From Candidatus Freyarchaeum deiterrae (lineage in GTDB: Archaea; Asgardarchaeota; Jordiarchaeia; Jordiarchaeales; Jordiarchaeaceae): 64,000 nucleotides of DNA. The position numbers were made by a program, and so were the translations under genes. Of the stretch, positions 30,599 through 40,125 are shown in pieces. The notes under the pieces are model-generated. The model ran no database searches, was not told the DNA's origin, and was given only the letters and a program-made list of their open reading frames with translations. The first letter of the stretch is position 1, and the number at the start of each line of letters is the position of its first letter. The stretch lies in assembly GCA_037305845.1 (NCBI GenBank), contig CP147778.1, positions 2,464,001 to 2,528,000 of the forward strand. Direction: 5' to 3'.

Positions 30599-32615
30599 AT
30601 GAAGCTATTCGAACCAATCAAGATAAACACCCTCCAGCTTAAGAATCGTATCACTATGCCCGCCATGCATCTGAATTATATGCGCGTATGATTACTTTGT
30701 ACGCGTAGGTTAAGCAGATCAGGGCTATGTGACTCAGCGATTAATTGATTTTTACGCTGAACGGGCAAAGAATGAGGTAGGTTTGATTCTTGTCGGAGGA
30801 TGTTACACGGAAGTCCTTGCGAAAGGATTCGATACAATGATTAGAATAGATCAGGATGATGCTATTCCAGGTCTTTCAAAACTCACTGAAGCTATTCATG
30901 AGGGTGGTGCCAAATGTGGTGCGCAGTTATACCACTCGGGAAGATACTCGTTTTCTGCGGTGATAGGTCAGGCGTCTGTGAGTGCTTCGGCAGTACAATC
31001 GAAATTCACAGGTGAGACTCCAAGGGCTCTGACGAAGGAGGAAATTCTACAAACTGAGGAGAATTTTGGTGAGGCTGCTCTTAGAGCTAAAAAGGCGAAT
31101 TTCGATGCTGTGGAGCTTATTGCTTCGGCGGGGTACTTGATTCCGCAGTTCCTTTCGCCGCTCACTAATAAGAGGGATGATGAGTATGGTGGTGATCTTA
31201 GTGCTAGGGCGCGGTTCGGTGTTGAGTGTATTCAGGCTATTAGGGACAAGGTTGGGGATGATTATCCCTTGATTATGCGGCTTTCTGGGGATGATATGAT
31301 GCCTGGGGGTAACACTTACCGGGAAGTCAGGGAATACGCTCCTTTATTCGCGGAGGCGGGTGTGGATATGTTTAATGTTACTGGGGGTTGGCATGAGTCG
31401 ACTGTTCCTCAGATTACTATGAATGTTCCGCGGGGTACCTATGTTTGGCTGGCTGAGAATGTTAAAGAGGTTGTTGATGTGCCGGTTATGGCGTGTAACC
31501 GGATTACTGATCCTTTGATGGCGGAGCAGGTTCTTCTTGATGGTAGGGCGGATCTTGTGGGTTTGGGTCGGGGTTTGCTCTGTGACCCGGAGTGGGCTAG
31601 GAAAGCTAAGGAGGGGCGTTTCCGCGAGATTCGGCAGTGTTTGGGTTGTAATCAGGGTTGCTTTGACCATGTGTTTGCACTTCAGCCTGTGGAGTGTTTG
31701 GCGAATGCTGCTGCGAGTCGTGAGGCGGAGTATCGGATTAAGCCTGCTGCTAAGCGTAAAAAGGTACTTATTATTGGTGGCGGACCGGGTGGTATGGAGG
31801 CTGCGAGGGTTGCGAAGCTTAGGGGTCATGATGTTACTCTTTACGAGAAGACTTACACGCTGGGCGGTCAGCTGAACCTAGCCGCGGCACCACAAGACAG
31901 GCGGGAGTTCAAGAATCTGGTTGACTACCTGTCTTATCAAATGAGTTTGCTCGGTGTTAACGTGGTTTTGGGTAAGGAGGTTACTCCTGATGTTGTCAAG
32001 AAGTTGAAGCCAGATGTTGTGATTGTTGCTGCTGGCGGGAGTCCTCTGGTTCCCAAGATTCCCGGAATTGATGGTTCTAACGTGGTTATGTCTTGGGATG
32101 TGCTTGCTGGTAAGGTTGCCGTGGGTAGAAAGGCTGTTGTGGTGGGAGGCGGCGGTGTGGGCTGCGAAGCGGGTCTCTACCTTACTGATCATGCTTCTAT
32201 TACTCCGGAGCAGATGATGTTTCTTGTGAACTTTGGGGTTTTGGACTTGCAGACGGCTTACGACATGGCGAGGAAGACGCGTGACGTTACTATTGTGGAG
32301 ATGCTTGACAAGATGGGTGCGGATATTGGCAGAACCTGTCGTTGGACGATTCTTAAGACTTTGTCTATGTGTGGAGTGCAGATGTTGACTAACGCCAAAG
32401 TGGCGGAGATTACTGATAAAGGCGTGATTCTTGAGAACGGTGATCTTCTTGAGGCGGATACGGTGGTCGTAGCGGTGGGTACTGTTCCCAACAATGAGCT
32501 TATTGACCAGTTGGAGGGCTTGGCTCCTGAAATGTACTCTATAGGTGACTGTGTGCAGCCCAGGAAAGCGTATGAAGCGGTTCACGAGGGAGCTGAAATA
32601 GCTCACAAAATTTAG
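30599..32615 (+). CDS. fadH: FadH-type 2,4-dienoyl-CoA reductase, join(30599..30679,30714..32615), 660 aa
   Basis: Exon 1 MKLFEPIKINTLQLKNRITMPAMHLNY (GGTGA SD at 30586) is the OYE/FadH N-terminus missing from the ORF track. Exon 2 carries GYL (Tyr), GWHE (His), CLGCNQGC..C and two GxGxxG motifs. Confidence 0.85.
30680..30713 (+). other. Candidate 34-nt bulge-helix-bulge (BHB) intron in mRNA
   Basis: ATCTG/CAGAT outer helix, AATT/GGTT 4-bp central helix, 3-nt bulges ATA and AAG, 11-bp inner hairpin. Excision after the second base of each bulge restores the frame (HLNY|ADQGYV). Confidence 0.85.
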
Positions 32616-32682
32616 TCACGTCTGCTGTTCCCCTGTATACTTGTTCGATGCGCTGAGGTGGACTTTAATTCACCTTTCTACT

Positions 32683-32762
32683 TTTCCTTTTTCGGTGCCT
32701 ATTTTTTCTAAAAGTTGAACACAGGGTTTTTATAGTTGTTTATTTTTTTATTTTTAATTTAT
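32683..32762 (+). terminator. T-rich terminator region after fadH
   Basis: Oligo-T tracts following an AGGTGGA/TTCACCT hairpin. Confidence 0.35.
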
Positions 32763-32975
32763 AAATTCGAATAAAGGGAAGGCAAGAATTTTTAAGGGGC
32801 TGTTAACGGAGCCGTTTGCCCGTTGGAACAAATTTATAAGGATTAGATGAGGTTCACAGTATTATAACTTATAAGCAAGTTGGCACTCATTAGTTGGTGT
32901 TTGATTCTTTAGTGTGGCTTAGAAACAGTTATTTATTGATGCCCTTTAGTAATTAGGCTCAAGGAGGTCAAGCAA

Positions 32976-34055
32976 GTGGGTAAAATTAGAGTAGCTATTA
33001 CCGGGCTTGGTAACTGTGCTAGTGCAATTATTCAAGGAGTCCGCTATTATCAAAACGCTAAAAAGGAAGAAACTGTTCCCGGTTTGATGCACGTGAATTT
33101 TGGAGGATACTACCCCAAAGACATTGAATTCGTCGCAGCGTTTGATGTTAACACAAATAAGATAGGTAAGGACGTGAGTGAAGCTATTTTCGCCCAGCCC
33201 AACTGTGTTAGAAAGTTTGCTGAAGTACCAGAGTTAGGTGTTAAGGTTCTCCCGGGTCCGATACTAGACGGTGTCGCGCCTCACATGGTGAAATCCTTTT
33301 TCTGCTACGATTCCAAGAAGATGGACCCTGTTGATGTGGCTGAAGCCCTGAGGGAGGCTAAGGCGGATATTCTGGTGAACTTCATACCTGTGGGAAGCAT
33401 TGAAGCCACTAGGCATTATGCTACTGCGGCTTTGGAAGCGGGCTGCGCGTTTGCATGCTGTATACCGGAGTTCATATGTTCTGATCCTGTATGGGCTAGT
33501 AAGTTTGAGGACGCCGGTTTACCAGTTGCTGGTGACGATATCAAGAGTCAGCTCGGAGCCACTATTCTTCACAGAACCCTCGTGAATCTCTTTCTTGATA
33601 GGGGCGTCAAAATAGATGATACCTATCAGTTGAACATCGGAGGAGACACGGATTTCGAAAACATGACTGTGGAGGAAAGGCTGAAAAGCAAGAGAATCAG
33701 CAAGACTGAAGCGGTTACAAGTCTAACCCCGTACAGTATACCCGTTAGGATAGGTCCCTCGGATTACGTGCCCTTCTTGGGGGACAAAAAAATATGCTAC
33801 ATTAGGCTTCACGGGAAAAAATTTGGAGACACGCCGGTGAGCGTGGAGGTTAAACTATCCGTGGAAGACTCTCCCAACAGTGCTGGGATGGTTATTGATG
33901 TTATTAGAGCGGTTAAACTGGCGCTTGATAGGAAAATTTCGGGACCGCTTATAAGCATCTCATCCTACGCGTTTAAGCATCCTCCCACCCAGACTACGGA
34001 TAACATTGCTCGACAGTGGGTTGAAGATTATATTCAAGGAAATCGAGAACGCTAA
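32976..34055 (+). CDS. ino1: myo-inositol-1-phosphate synthase
   Basis: GLGNCAS, GDDIKSQ.GAT, YQLN.GG.TDF.NM, SK..SKT and DSPNSAG motifs. Confidence 0.95.
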   Translation: MGKIRVAITGLGNCASAIIQGVRYYQNAKKEETVPGLMHVNFGGYYPKDIEFVAAFDVNTNKIGKDVSEAIFAQPNCVRKFAEVPELGVKVLPGPILDGVAPHMVKSFFCYDSKKMDPVDVAEALREAKADILVNFIPVGSIEATRHYATAALEAGCAFACCIPEFICSDPVWASKFEDAGLPVAGDDIKSQLGATILHRTLVNLFLDRGVKIDDTYQLNIGGDTDFENMTVEERLKSKRISKTEAVTSLTPYSIPVRIGPSDYVPFLGDKKICYIRLHGKKFGDTPVSVEVKLSVEDSPNSAGMVIDVIRAVKLALDRKISGPLISISSYAFKHPPTQTTDNIARQWVEDYIQGNRER

Positions 34056-34251
34056 AAATCGCTCCTTTCAAAGAATTTTTTAGATTCAACCCATCCCTTC
34101 TCTTTTAATATCCTATAATACTTATTGAAATCCCTAATTTTTGATATTTTTTGCATTATTTTTATTCTTTTGATTTAAATTTAATGAGAACGAAAATATT
34201 ATTAAACTCTTGGCGCCATTTTTATATCAATGAGGTTTTGGAGGAAAGCAA

Positions 34252-34449
34252 ATGAGTGAAACCCCTCCCACAGCGGAGCAAGTAAAAAAAGATAGAGATT
34301 TGCTGAAAAAGCTGCAAGATGAGAAGAAAAAAGAACTAGAAAAAAGCTTGGCTGATGGTAAAGCGAAAAGGGAAGCTGCGTTTAAAGAGGCAGCATCCAA
34401 GTTGGAACCTCATATTGGAGAAAAAGCGACAAAAAAACCTCTTGATTAA
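34252..34449 (+). CDS. Small charged helical hypothetical protein
   Basis: 65-aa ORF with GGAGG SD. Confidence 0.6.
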   Translation: MSETPPTAEQVKKDRDLLKKLQDEKKKELEKSLADGKAKREAAFKEAASKLEPHIGEKATKKPLD

Positions 34450-34588
34450 GCGCCATCAGTTCCCCATTTTTCTTTAATTCACAAAAAGCGGCCGCGACAA
34501 ATTACTCGCATCTACTTTTCTTTTTTTTAAGATTATTTGTTCTCACAATAAAAATAATGCAAAAATAAGTGGGATGAAAATTATTACA

Positions 34589-34768
34589 CTATTTCTTTTT
34601 TGTTCCTTCTTGTCTATTCCAGACTTCCTTTTTGAGCATGTCTCGGACAGCAACCCTTATAGCTTCGCTTCTACTTGGATAGATTCCATTTTCAACCAAC
34701 TCATTCAGGCCGTCAATGTAAGCATTCGGTAGCTTTATACTGATTAGCTTCATGGAAGGTTTCTTCAT
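34589..34768 (-). CDS. Ribbon-helix-helix regulator, CdrS/CopG-like (not in ORF track)
   Basis: Manual translation MKKPSMKLISIKLPNAYIDGLNELVENGIYPSRSEAIRVAVRDMLKKEVWNRQEGTKKK; GGTGA SD. Confidence 0.85.
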   Translation of the reverse strand: MKKPSMKLISIKLPNAYIDGLNELVENGIYPSRSEAIRVAVRDMLKKEVWNRQEGTKKK

Positions 34769-34975
34769 GATTTAGATCACCGGTATCAGAGTTAACTTAA
34801 TCTAATGGTTGGAAGGCATTAAAAAATGTTTTTAAAAGTAAAGATTAAATTTCTGATACATGGTGTTCAATTTTTTCAAAATGTCTATCAAAGAGAGGTT
34901 TGTTTAATATATCCGATTCGGAAGTTTCGCAAAACTAATAAATAACTGTGTTACAAAAGTGAAGTAACTATTTAA

Positions 34976-36517
34976 TTGGTGATAACTTTGTTTGAACACG
35001 AGGTAAGAAGTTTTCCGATAAAGACAAAGAGCATTTGTCCTGAATGTCAGAAAGTTATTGACGCCACACTATACGAGGAAGGCGGCAAAGTATACATGGA
35101 AAAAACCTGCCCTGAACACGGCAAGGTAACCGACTTATACTGGGGCGACGCTGAACTCTTCCAAAAGGTTGAGAAATGGTGGCTGGACTCGATTCCCCTA
35201 GAAAATCCCAGAACGAGAGAAAAACTCGGCTGCCCCTACGACTGCGGTATCTGCGATAAACACCATTCACACACCGCGTTAGGTCTCATAGATGTTACCA
35301 ATAGGTGTAATCTCCGATGCCCAATCTGTTTTGCAAACGCTGCAGTATCAGGCTACGTGTATGAACCATCCATAGAGCAGATACGCTTCATGCTAGAGAA
35401 CTTCAGAAGCAACAAACCAGTTCCCGCCCCCGCAATACAGTTTGCTGGCGGCGAGCCCACAGTTAGAGAGGATCTACCCGAAATCATCCGCATTGCGAAA
35501 GAGGTTGGTTTTCAACACGTGGAGATAGCCACTAACGGCATAAAACTAGCAGAGAGCGCAGATTACTGCCAAGAACTCAAAGACGCAGGCCTAAGCACAC
35601 CTTACATGCAGTTCGACGGTGTAACACCAGAACCCTATAAGGCAGCCCGAGGAGTGAACCTTCTGCCAAGAAAGCTGAAAGCTATTGAAAACTGTCGCAA
35701 GGCTGGTTTGACTTCTATTGTTCTTGTACCCACAATAGTCCGTGGAGTAAACGACAGCCAGATAGGAGACATCATACAATTCGCCTTGAAAAACATAGAC
35801 GTGATTCGAGGAATAATTTTCCAACCAGTGAGCATAACCGGAAGAATCGACGAATCCAAGAGACTGGATATGAGGATAACGATACCCGATGTTATGAAAA
35901 AATGCGAAGAACAGACCGAAGGAAAAATAAAATACGAAGATTTCTATCCCTGCAGCATAACCGCATCCATTTCACGAGCACTAACAGCCTACACCGGAAA
36001 CCCCATAGTAGAATTCGGAAACAATGTGCACTGCGGCATGGCCACCATACTCAGAATGGAAGAAAATGGAGAATACCATCCAATAACTTGGTACGTGAAT
36101 GTTGAAGGTTTCTTCGGAATGCTAGAGGGTGTGACCAAAGACTTTGAGCAAGGAAAAATGACCAGAGGCAAGTTAAAAGTAGTAACTGGAGCCCTACGCC
36201 ACTTTAAAAAGAAAGGAACACTCTTCAATTTAATGCGTGGCATGCTAAGCTCAGGTAAGTACGACTCTCTGGGCGACTTTATGAGATCAATACTCCTTGT
36301 AGGCATGATGCACTTCCAGGACCCATACAACTACGACCTTGAGAGAGTTAACAGATGCGTTATACACTACGGAATCCCTGATGGACGAATAATTCCCTTC
36401 TGCGCGTATAACAGCATTCACAGACCGCAGGTTGAAAAGCAGTTCGGCATACCTATCGAAGAGTACACAAAACAAAAGGGAAAAGCCATAACTCCAGCAA
36501 TAACTGAAAGCTCGTAA
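34976..36517 (+). CDS. tes: Tetraether lipid synthase (GDGT macrocyclising radical SAM, MJ0619 family)
   Basis: T.SICPEC...CPEHG, CPYDCGIC..H, DVTNRCNLRCPICFANA and MHFQD.YN.D.ER..RC.IHY...IPFC motifs. Confidence 0.9.
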   Translation: MVITLFEHEVRSFPIKTKSICPECQKVIDATLYEEGGKVYMEKTCPEHGKVTDLYWGDAELFQKVEKWWLDSIPLENPRTREKLGCPYDCGICDKHHSHTALGLIDVTNRCNLRCPICFANAAVSGYVYEPSIEQIRFMLENFRSNKPVPAPAIQFAGGEPTVREDLPEIIRIAKEVGFQHVEIATNGIKLAESADYCQELKDAGLSTPYMQFDGVTPEPYKAARGVNLLPRKLKAIENCRKAGLTSIVLVPTIVRGVNDSQIGDIIQFALKNIDVIRGIIFQPVSITGRIDESKRLDMRITIPDVMKKCEEQTEGKIKYEDFYPCSITASISRALTAYTGNPIVEFGNNVHCGMATILRMEENGEYHPITWYVNVEGFFGMLEGVTKDFEQGKMTRGKLKVVTGALRHFKKKGTLFNLMRGMLSSGKYDSLGDFMRSILLVGMMHFQDPYNYDLERVNRCVIHYGIPDGRIIPFCAYNSIHRPQVEKQFGIPIEEYTKQKGKAITPAITESS

Positions 36518-36738
36518 AACTAGAAGCATTCGCTTCTCTTTTTATTATTTTTAAACAAATTTTTTGAAATTATTCTTAAATAACAAAACAAGAAGACATC
36601 ATACAAAAAGGTAAACCATTATTCGGCAATACTGTAGGCTACATGTTCATCCGCCAATTGTAAACCTGCAGAAAAGCTGAATTTTTTTATAATTGAGAAT
36701 GGGAGAAGAAAGTTACCAAGTTTTTGAGTTTGTTTCCC

Positions 36739-36942
36739 TTATCCTCCCTTTATTTTTGGTAGCACTATTATCTTGTTTCCTTTTTCTATTTCTTCACTGA
36801 GGTCTGCTTTTCTTCCGTTAACGATTACGGCGAAAAATTCTTCTTGTAGACCCAGTTCGTGTAGCAGTTCGGCGACTTTTTGACGATGTTCCGAAACTAG
36901 TTTAATGAGTCCCCCGCTTCGTTGTGCTTCAGGTTCGGACAT
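36739..36942 (-). CDS. ThiS/MoaD/SAMP ubiquitin-like sulfur carrier
   Basis: AVIVNG...I.VLP.I.GG C-terminus; GGAGGT SD before ATG 36942. Confidence 0.85.
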   Translation of the reverse strand: MSEPEAQRSGGLIKLVSEHRQKVAELLHELGLQEEFFAVIVNGRKADLSEEIEKGNKIIVLPKIKGG

Positions 36943-37115
36943 CTGCACACCTCCAATTACATAAACAAGTTTTTTTGAGGAAGATATTCTGAGAAATTAA
37001 AGTATTTCTTTTTACATAAAGCTTTCGTAGATGCCTTTTCAACAGTTTCGAAATAAGTAGGCTTAAATAGTAACATAAGAAATCATGTTGAAGGCTGCGG
37101 AATCAGCAAGGCCAA

Positions 37116-38420
37116 CCGTTATAAAGAGAGGAGACGCTTGAGGAGAAAAACAGGGTGATAAAAACCTATACGGTTCCCCACAACCTCCAGCTGGACCAAT
37201 TCTTCTACGCCTACCTCACAGCCCTAAACAGCATGATCGGCGATGTCTGGAAAAACATCCAGTGGAAAGAAAAAACAATAAAGGGGAAAAAACAGAAGCG
37301 GATACTGCCCACCATCCCCAACTACACCTTCAAGAAGGAGATGAGAGAACAGTACCTGAATGGCTGGGAGTACGCCAGGCACTGGGTCGATTCCGCCCTG
37401 AAAACCGCGTTCTCCATAATAAACAGCTGGAAGAAAAACTACGCCAAAGGAAACCGCAAGAGGAAAAAGCCGGTCGTCAAACGCTGCTTTGTGAGAGTTA
37501 AACAAACACTAATGAGAATCAGTGGGGAAAAGCTACGCATCACCATCAAGCCAGGAGAATACGCAACTATTGATTTGTCGAAACGCTACTTCAGCATAAA
37601 GGGAGGAAGAATCGGGGAGCCCATACTAACCCCCACCAAGCTCCACTTACCCATAGAAACCAACCACGCGGAACAACAACAGCAAAAGGAGCCCGCTGAG
37701 CGGATCGGTTGGGACTCAAACAAGTTCTCAGTGGACGGTTTCTCACCCACCCACGGCTGGATAAAAATTGATTTGAAACCGCTGCACACCCTCCACACAA
37801 CCTACGACAACAAGATGCGCAACATAAACCAAGTGTACTCCAAAAACCGGCGGAAGGGAAAAAGGCTCTACCAAAAATATGGGAAGCGGTGCCGGAACCG
37901 GGTGAAAAACTACCTATGCCACATCGCCAAGCGGATAACCTCTTCATACTTTGGGCAGGCACTGCACGGTTTTGAAAAACTGGAGAAGCAGCGCATGAAA
38001 AAAGGGCACAAGCACCGGTGGAACCGGGAGCTGAACCAAGCGGATTGGCGTCTGCTCGTTTCCCTGATCCGAAACCGGGCACCGGTTGTCGAAGTCAGCC
38101 CCTTTTACACCTCAAAAACCTGCAGCAGGTGCGGGGAAATCCACAAAGCCCTAAGAAGCGAGAAGGTTTTCGAGTGCCCGTTCTGCGGGCTGCTAATCGA
38201 TCGGCAGCTGAACGCCAGCATAAACATTTATCTGAGGATGAGAGGAGTTTCCCCGCGAAGGGAGTGGTTCGACGCCACATTCATCGCGGGTAGGTTTCCC
38301 TTGATCGGGGTGGAGACAAAGATTCCCGATGAACTCGCGAGGGAATTATATGACTCTTTGAAACCCCAATACTACGTAAGTCTACCTCTGACTACATAGT
38401 ATAAAACCTGTCTGTAATGT
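37116..38420 (+). mobile_element. Non-autonomous IS200/IS605/IS607-superfamily element (tnpB only); ends approximate
   Basis: tnpB with no tnpA; visibly GC-richer than its flanks; boundaries estimated by eye. Confidence 0.55.
37155..38399 (+). CDS. tnpB: TnpB RNA-guided endonuclease family protein
   Basis: RuvC-I IGWD, RuvC-II GFEKL, Zn finger TSKTCSRCG..CPFCG, RuvC-III DRQLNASINI. Confidence 0.9.
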   Translation: MIKTYTVPHNLQLDQFFYAYLTALNSMIGDVWKNIQWKEKTIKGKKQKRILPTIPNYTFKKEMREQYLNGWEYARHWVDSALKTAFSIINSWKKNYAKGNRKRKKPVVKRCFVRVKQTLMRISGEKLRITIKPGEYATIDLSKRYFSIKGGRIGEPILTPTKLHLPIETNHAEQQQQKEPAERIGWDSNKFSVDGFSPTHGWIKIDLKPLHTLHTTYDNKMRNINQVYSKNRRKGKRLYQKYGKRCRNRVKNYLCHIAKRITSSYFGQALHGFEKLEKQRMKKGHKHRWNRELNQADWRLLVSLIRNRAPVVEVSPFYTSKTCSRCGEIHKALRSEKVFECPFCGLLIDRQLNASINIYLRMRGVSPRREWFDATFIAGRFPLIGVETKIPDELARELYDSLKPQYYVSLPLTT

Positions 38421-38499
38421 ATCTTCTTTCTGATTCATTATGGCTCGAGCGATTCCTTTTTAAGTATTCAGGTATCTGTTGGAGCGCAGTAAAAATTGA

Positions 38500-38943
38500 G
38501 TGATGGTGAAGATGACTTCGGAACTACTTCTGAACGAGATTAGGAATATATTCTGGATTTTTCACACAAGCTATGATGAAATAGTTCAGGAACTGGAAGA
38601 AATAGATGCCGAAAATGCAATAGACGATTTCGACATCGCACTGGTGTCCTTCCTAGAAACAATTCACGTTTTAAATCTCGACAGCAATGTGGATGAACTA
38701 ATAAACAAATATCTGGTCATGCTAACAGGCCCCAAAGCCGCTGCAATGATAAGGGAGGAAGTATCTAAAAAAATCAAGGAAAAAGAAGAAAAGGAAGTAC
38801 GGGAAAGCCTGAAAGCCGCTCTATCCCAGGGTGAAATTGAGGAAATACAGGAACTACTAGAAGGAACCACAAGTTTCGTTAAGAAATGGCAAACAATATG
38901 GGCCAAAAGAAAAGACGAAGACCACAAAGGGCTCTACATCTAA
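38500..38943 (+). CDS. Hypothetical acidic helical protein
   Basis: 147-aa ORF. Confidence 0.65.
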   Translation: MMVKMTSELLLNEIRNIFWIFHTSYDEIVQELEEIDAENAIDDFDIALVSFLETIHVLNLDSNVDELINKYLVMLTGPKAAAMIREEVSKKIKEKEEKEVRESLKAALSQGEIEEIQELLEGTTSFVKKWQTIWAKRKDEDHKGLYI

Positions 38944-39093
38944 TAATCCGATACAAAAATATTTTTAACACCACAAAATAATATCAAATCAAAACAAAAA
39001 GCAGAAGACCCGCAAAAACTCTACTTTTAAAATTTATATCAACACTTTAAACACCATAAAACAAACAGCAGCGCAAAGGCACACTTTACTATA

Positions 39094-39723
39094 CTATAAC
39101 TCATATCGGTGATTTATAAGATTCAACGCCGCTGCTAAAGCCCCCCTCCAAGCAGTCAAGTCATCATCAGCTGAGGTAATAATTATAGCATCCCCCTCAT
39201 GCACATCAAAAGCTTCTCTGATCATTTCACACTCTTTTTCGTTTAATTCGCGTATTGAAGGGATTATTAATCTTCCATTCTTGCAGATAATGGTGGTCGC
39301 CCCGCCGGCACCCACCTGAATAGCCTTATCCCGTTGTCCCTGCCCATTCGAAATTTTATCCGCAGCGTTCCTCAATCTAACACCGTAAAAGTTTTCTCCT
39401 CCAATAAGGAACAAGTAATTTTCCTGAAGCCTTTTCTCTTCAATAATAAACTTTCTTATCTCTTTAATAGTTTCTTCCCCCTCAACAGTTAGAATGTGTC
39501 CCTTTTTCTCCACAGGTCGGATTAAACTCAACTGGGCGAGTCGCCTCAGCAGAGTTCTGATTACTCCTGGACCCAGCTTCAACTGCTCTCTGAGAGCGTA
39601 TCTTCCGATGGGGTACTTCTTCTCCGAGAAAAACAACAGTACCATCAATACGTCATAGCTGTTGAAACTGGGGGAAATCGTCGGAGATTCCTTTATTGCT
39701 TCCAATAACTCCCCTATTTTCAT
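39094..39723 (-). CDS. DUF4443/DUF2111-type winged-helix regulator
   Basis: PIGRY.L...L.LG.G.IRTLL HTH followed by QRD.AI.VGA.GATTI. Confidence 0.8.
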   Translation of the reverse strand: MKIGELLEAIKESPTISPSFNSYDVLMVLLFFSEKKYPIGRYALREQLKLGPGVIRTLLRRLAQLSLIRPVEKKGHILTVEGEETIKEIRKFIIEEKRLQENYLFLIGGENFYGVRLRNAADKISNGQGQRDKAIQVGAGGATTIICKNGRLIIPSIRELNEKECEMIREAFDVHEGDAIIITSADDDLTAWRGALAAALNLINHRYEL

Positions 39724-40125
39724 ATAATCAATCCTAAATTTTCTAGTTTACAAATATATAAAAATATGATTACTAAAATTTACCCTATAACCTCATAACA
39801 ATGCCCTTAATTCTTGGAAGGCTTCTTGGACGACCAGCTCTTGTCCCTAAATCTTCTATTACCATCCTTTATTGTTGCTCTTATTAATTCTTAACTCTAA
39901 TGACAAACGAATTAAACTCATTGCGCTACGATAAGTTCAACATCCTAAATTTCATCGAGTATATTTGAAGTCTCTTAAAATTATACATTTGGGACAGTTA
40001 GAGTTATATTTCGTAAATTTTAAGGTAACTTAATAAAAAATACAAACAGGTTTCCTTGAGTGGAAAAAAACAAGATAAAACGTGAATTTTGGTTGAATTT
40101 AAACAGTTTGTAGGAAGGGGTTTCT

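Noticed and set aside
31344-32606. Long antisense ORFs (161 and 242 aa) over fadH, and similar shadow ORFs elsewhere
   Set aside because: They are fully nested opposite well-supported genes and reflect local G/T skew.
30729-32615. ORF-track GTG start for the flavin oxidoreductase, or a pseudogene call
   Set aside because: That start omits the first TIM-barrel strand (FMN-binding PAMH). The upstream exon and BHB motif explain the break better.
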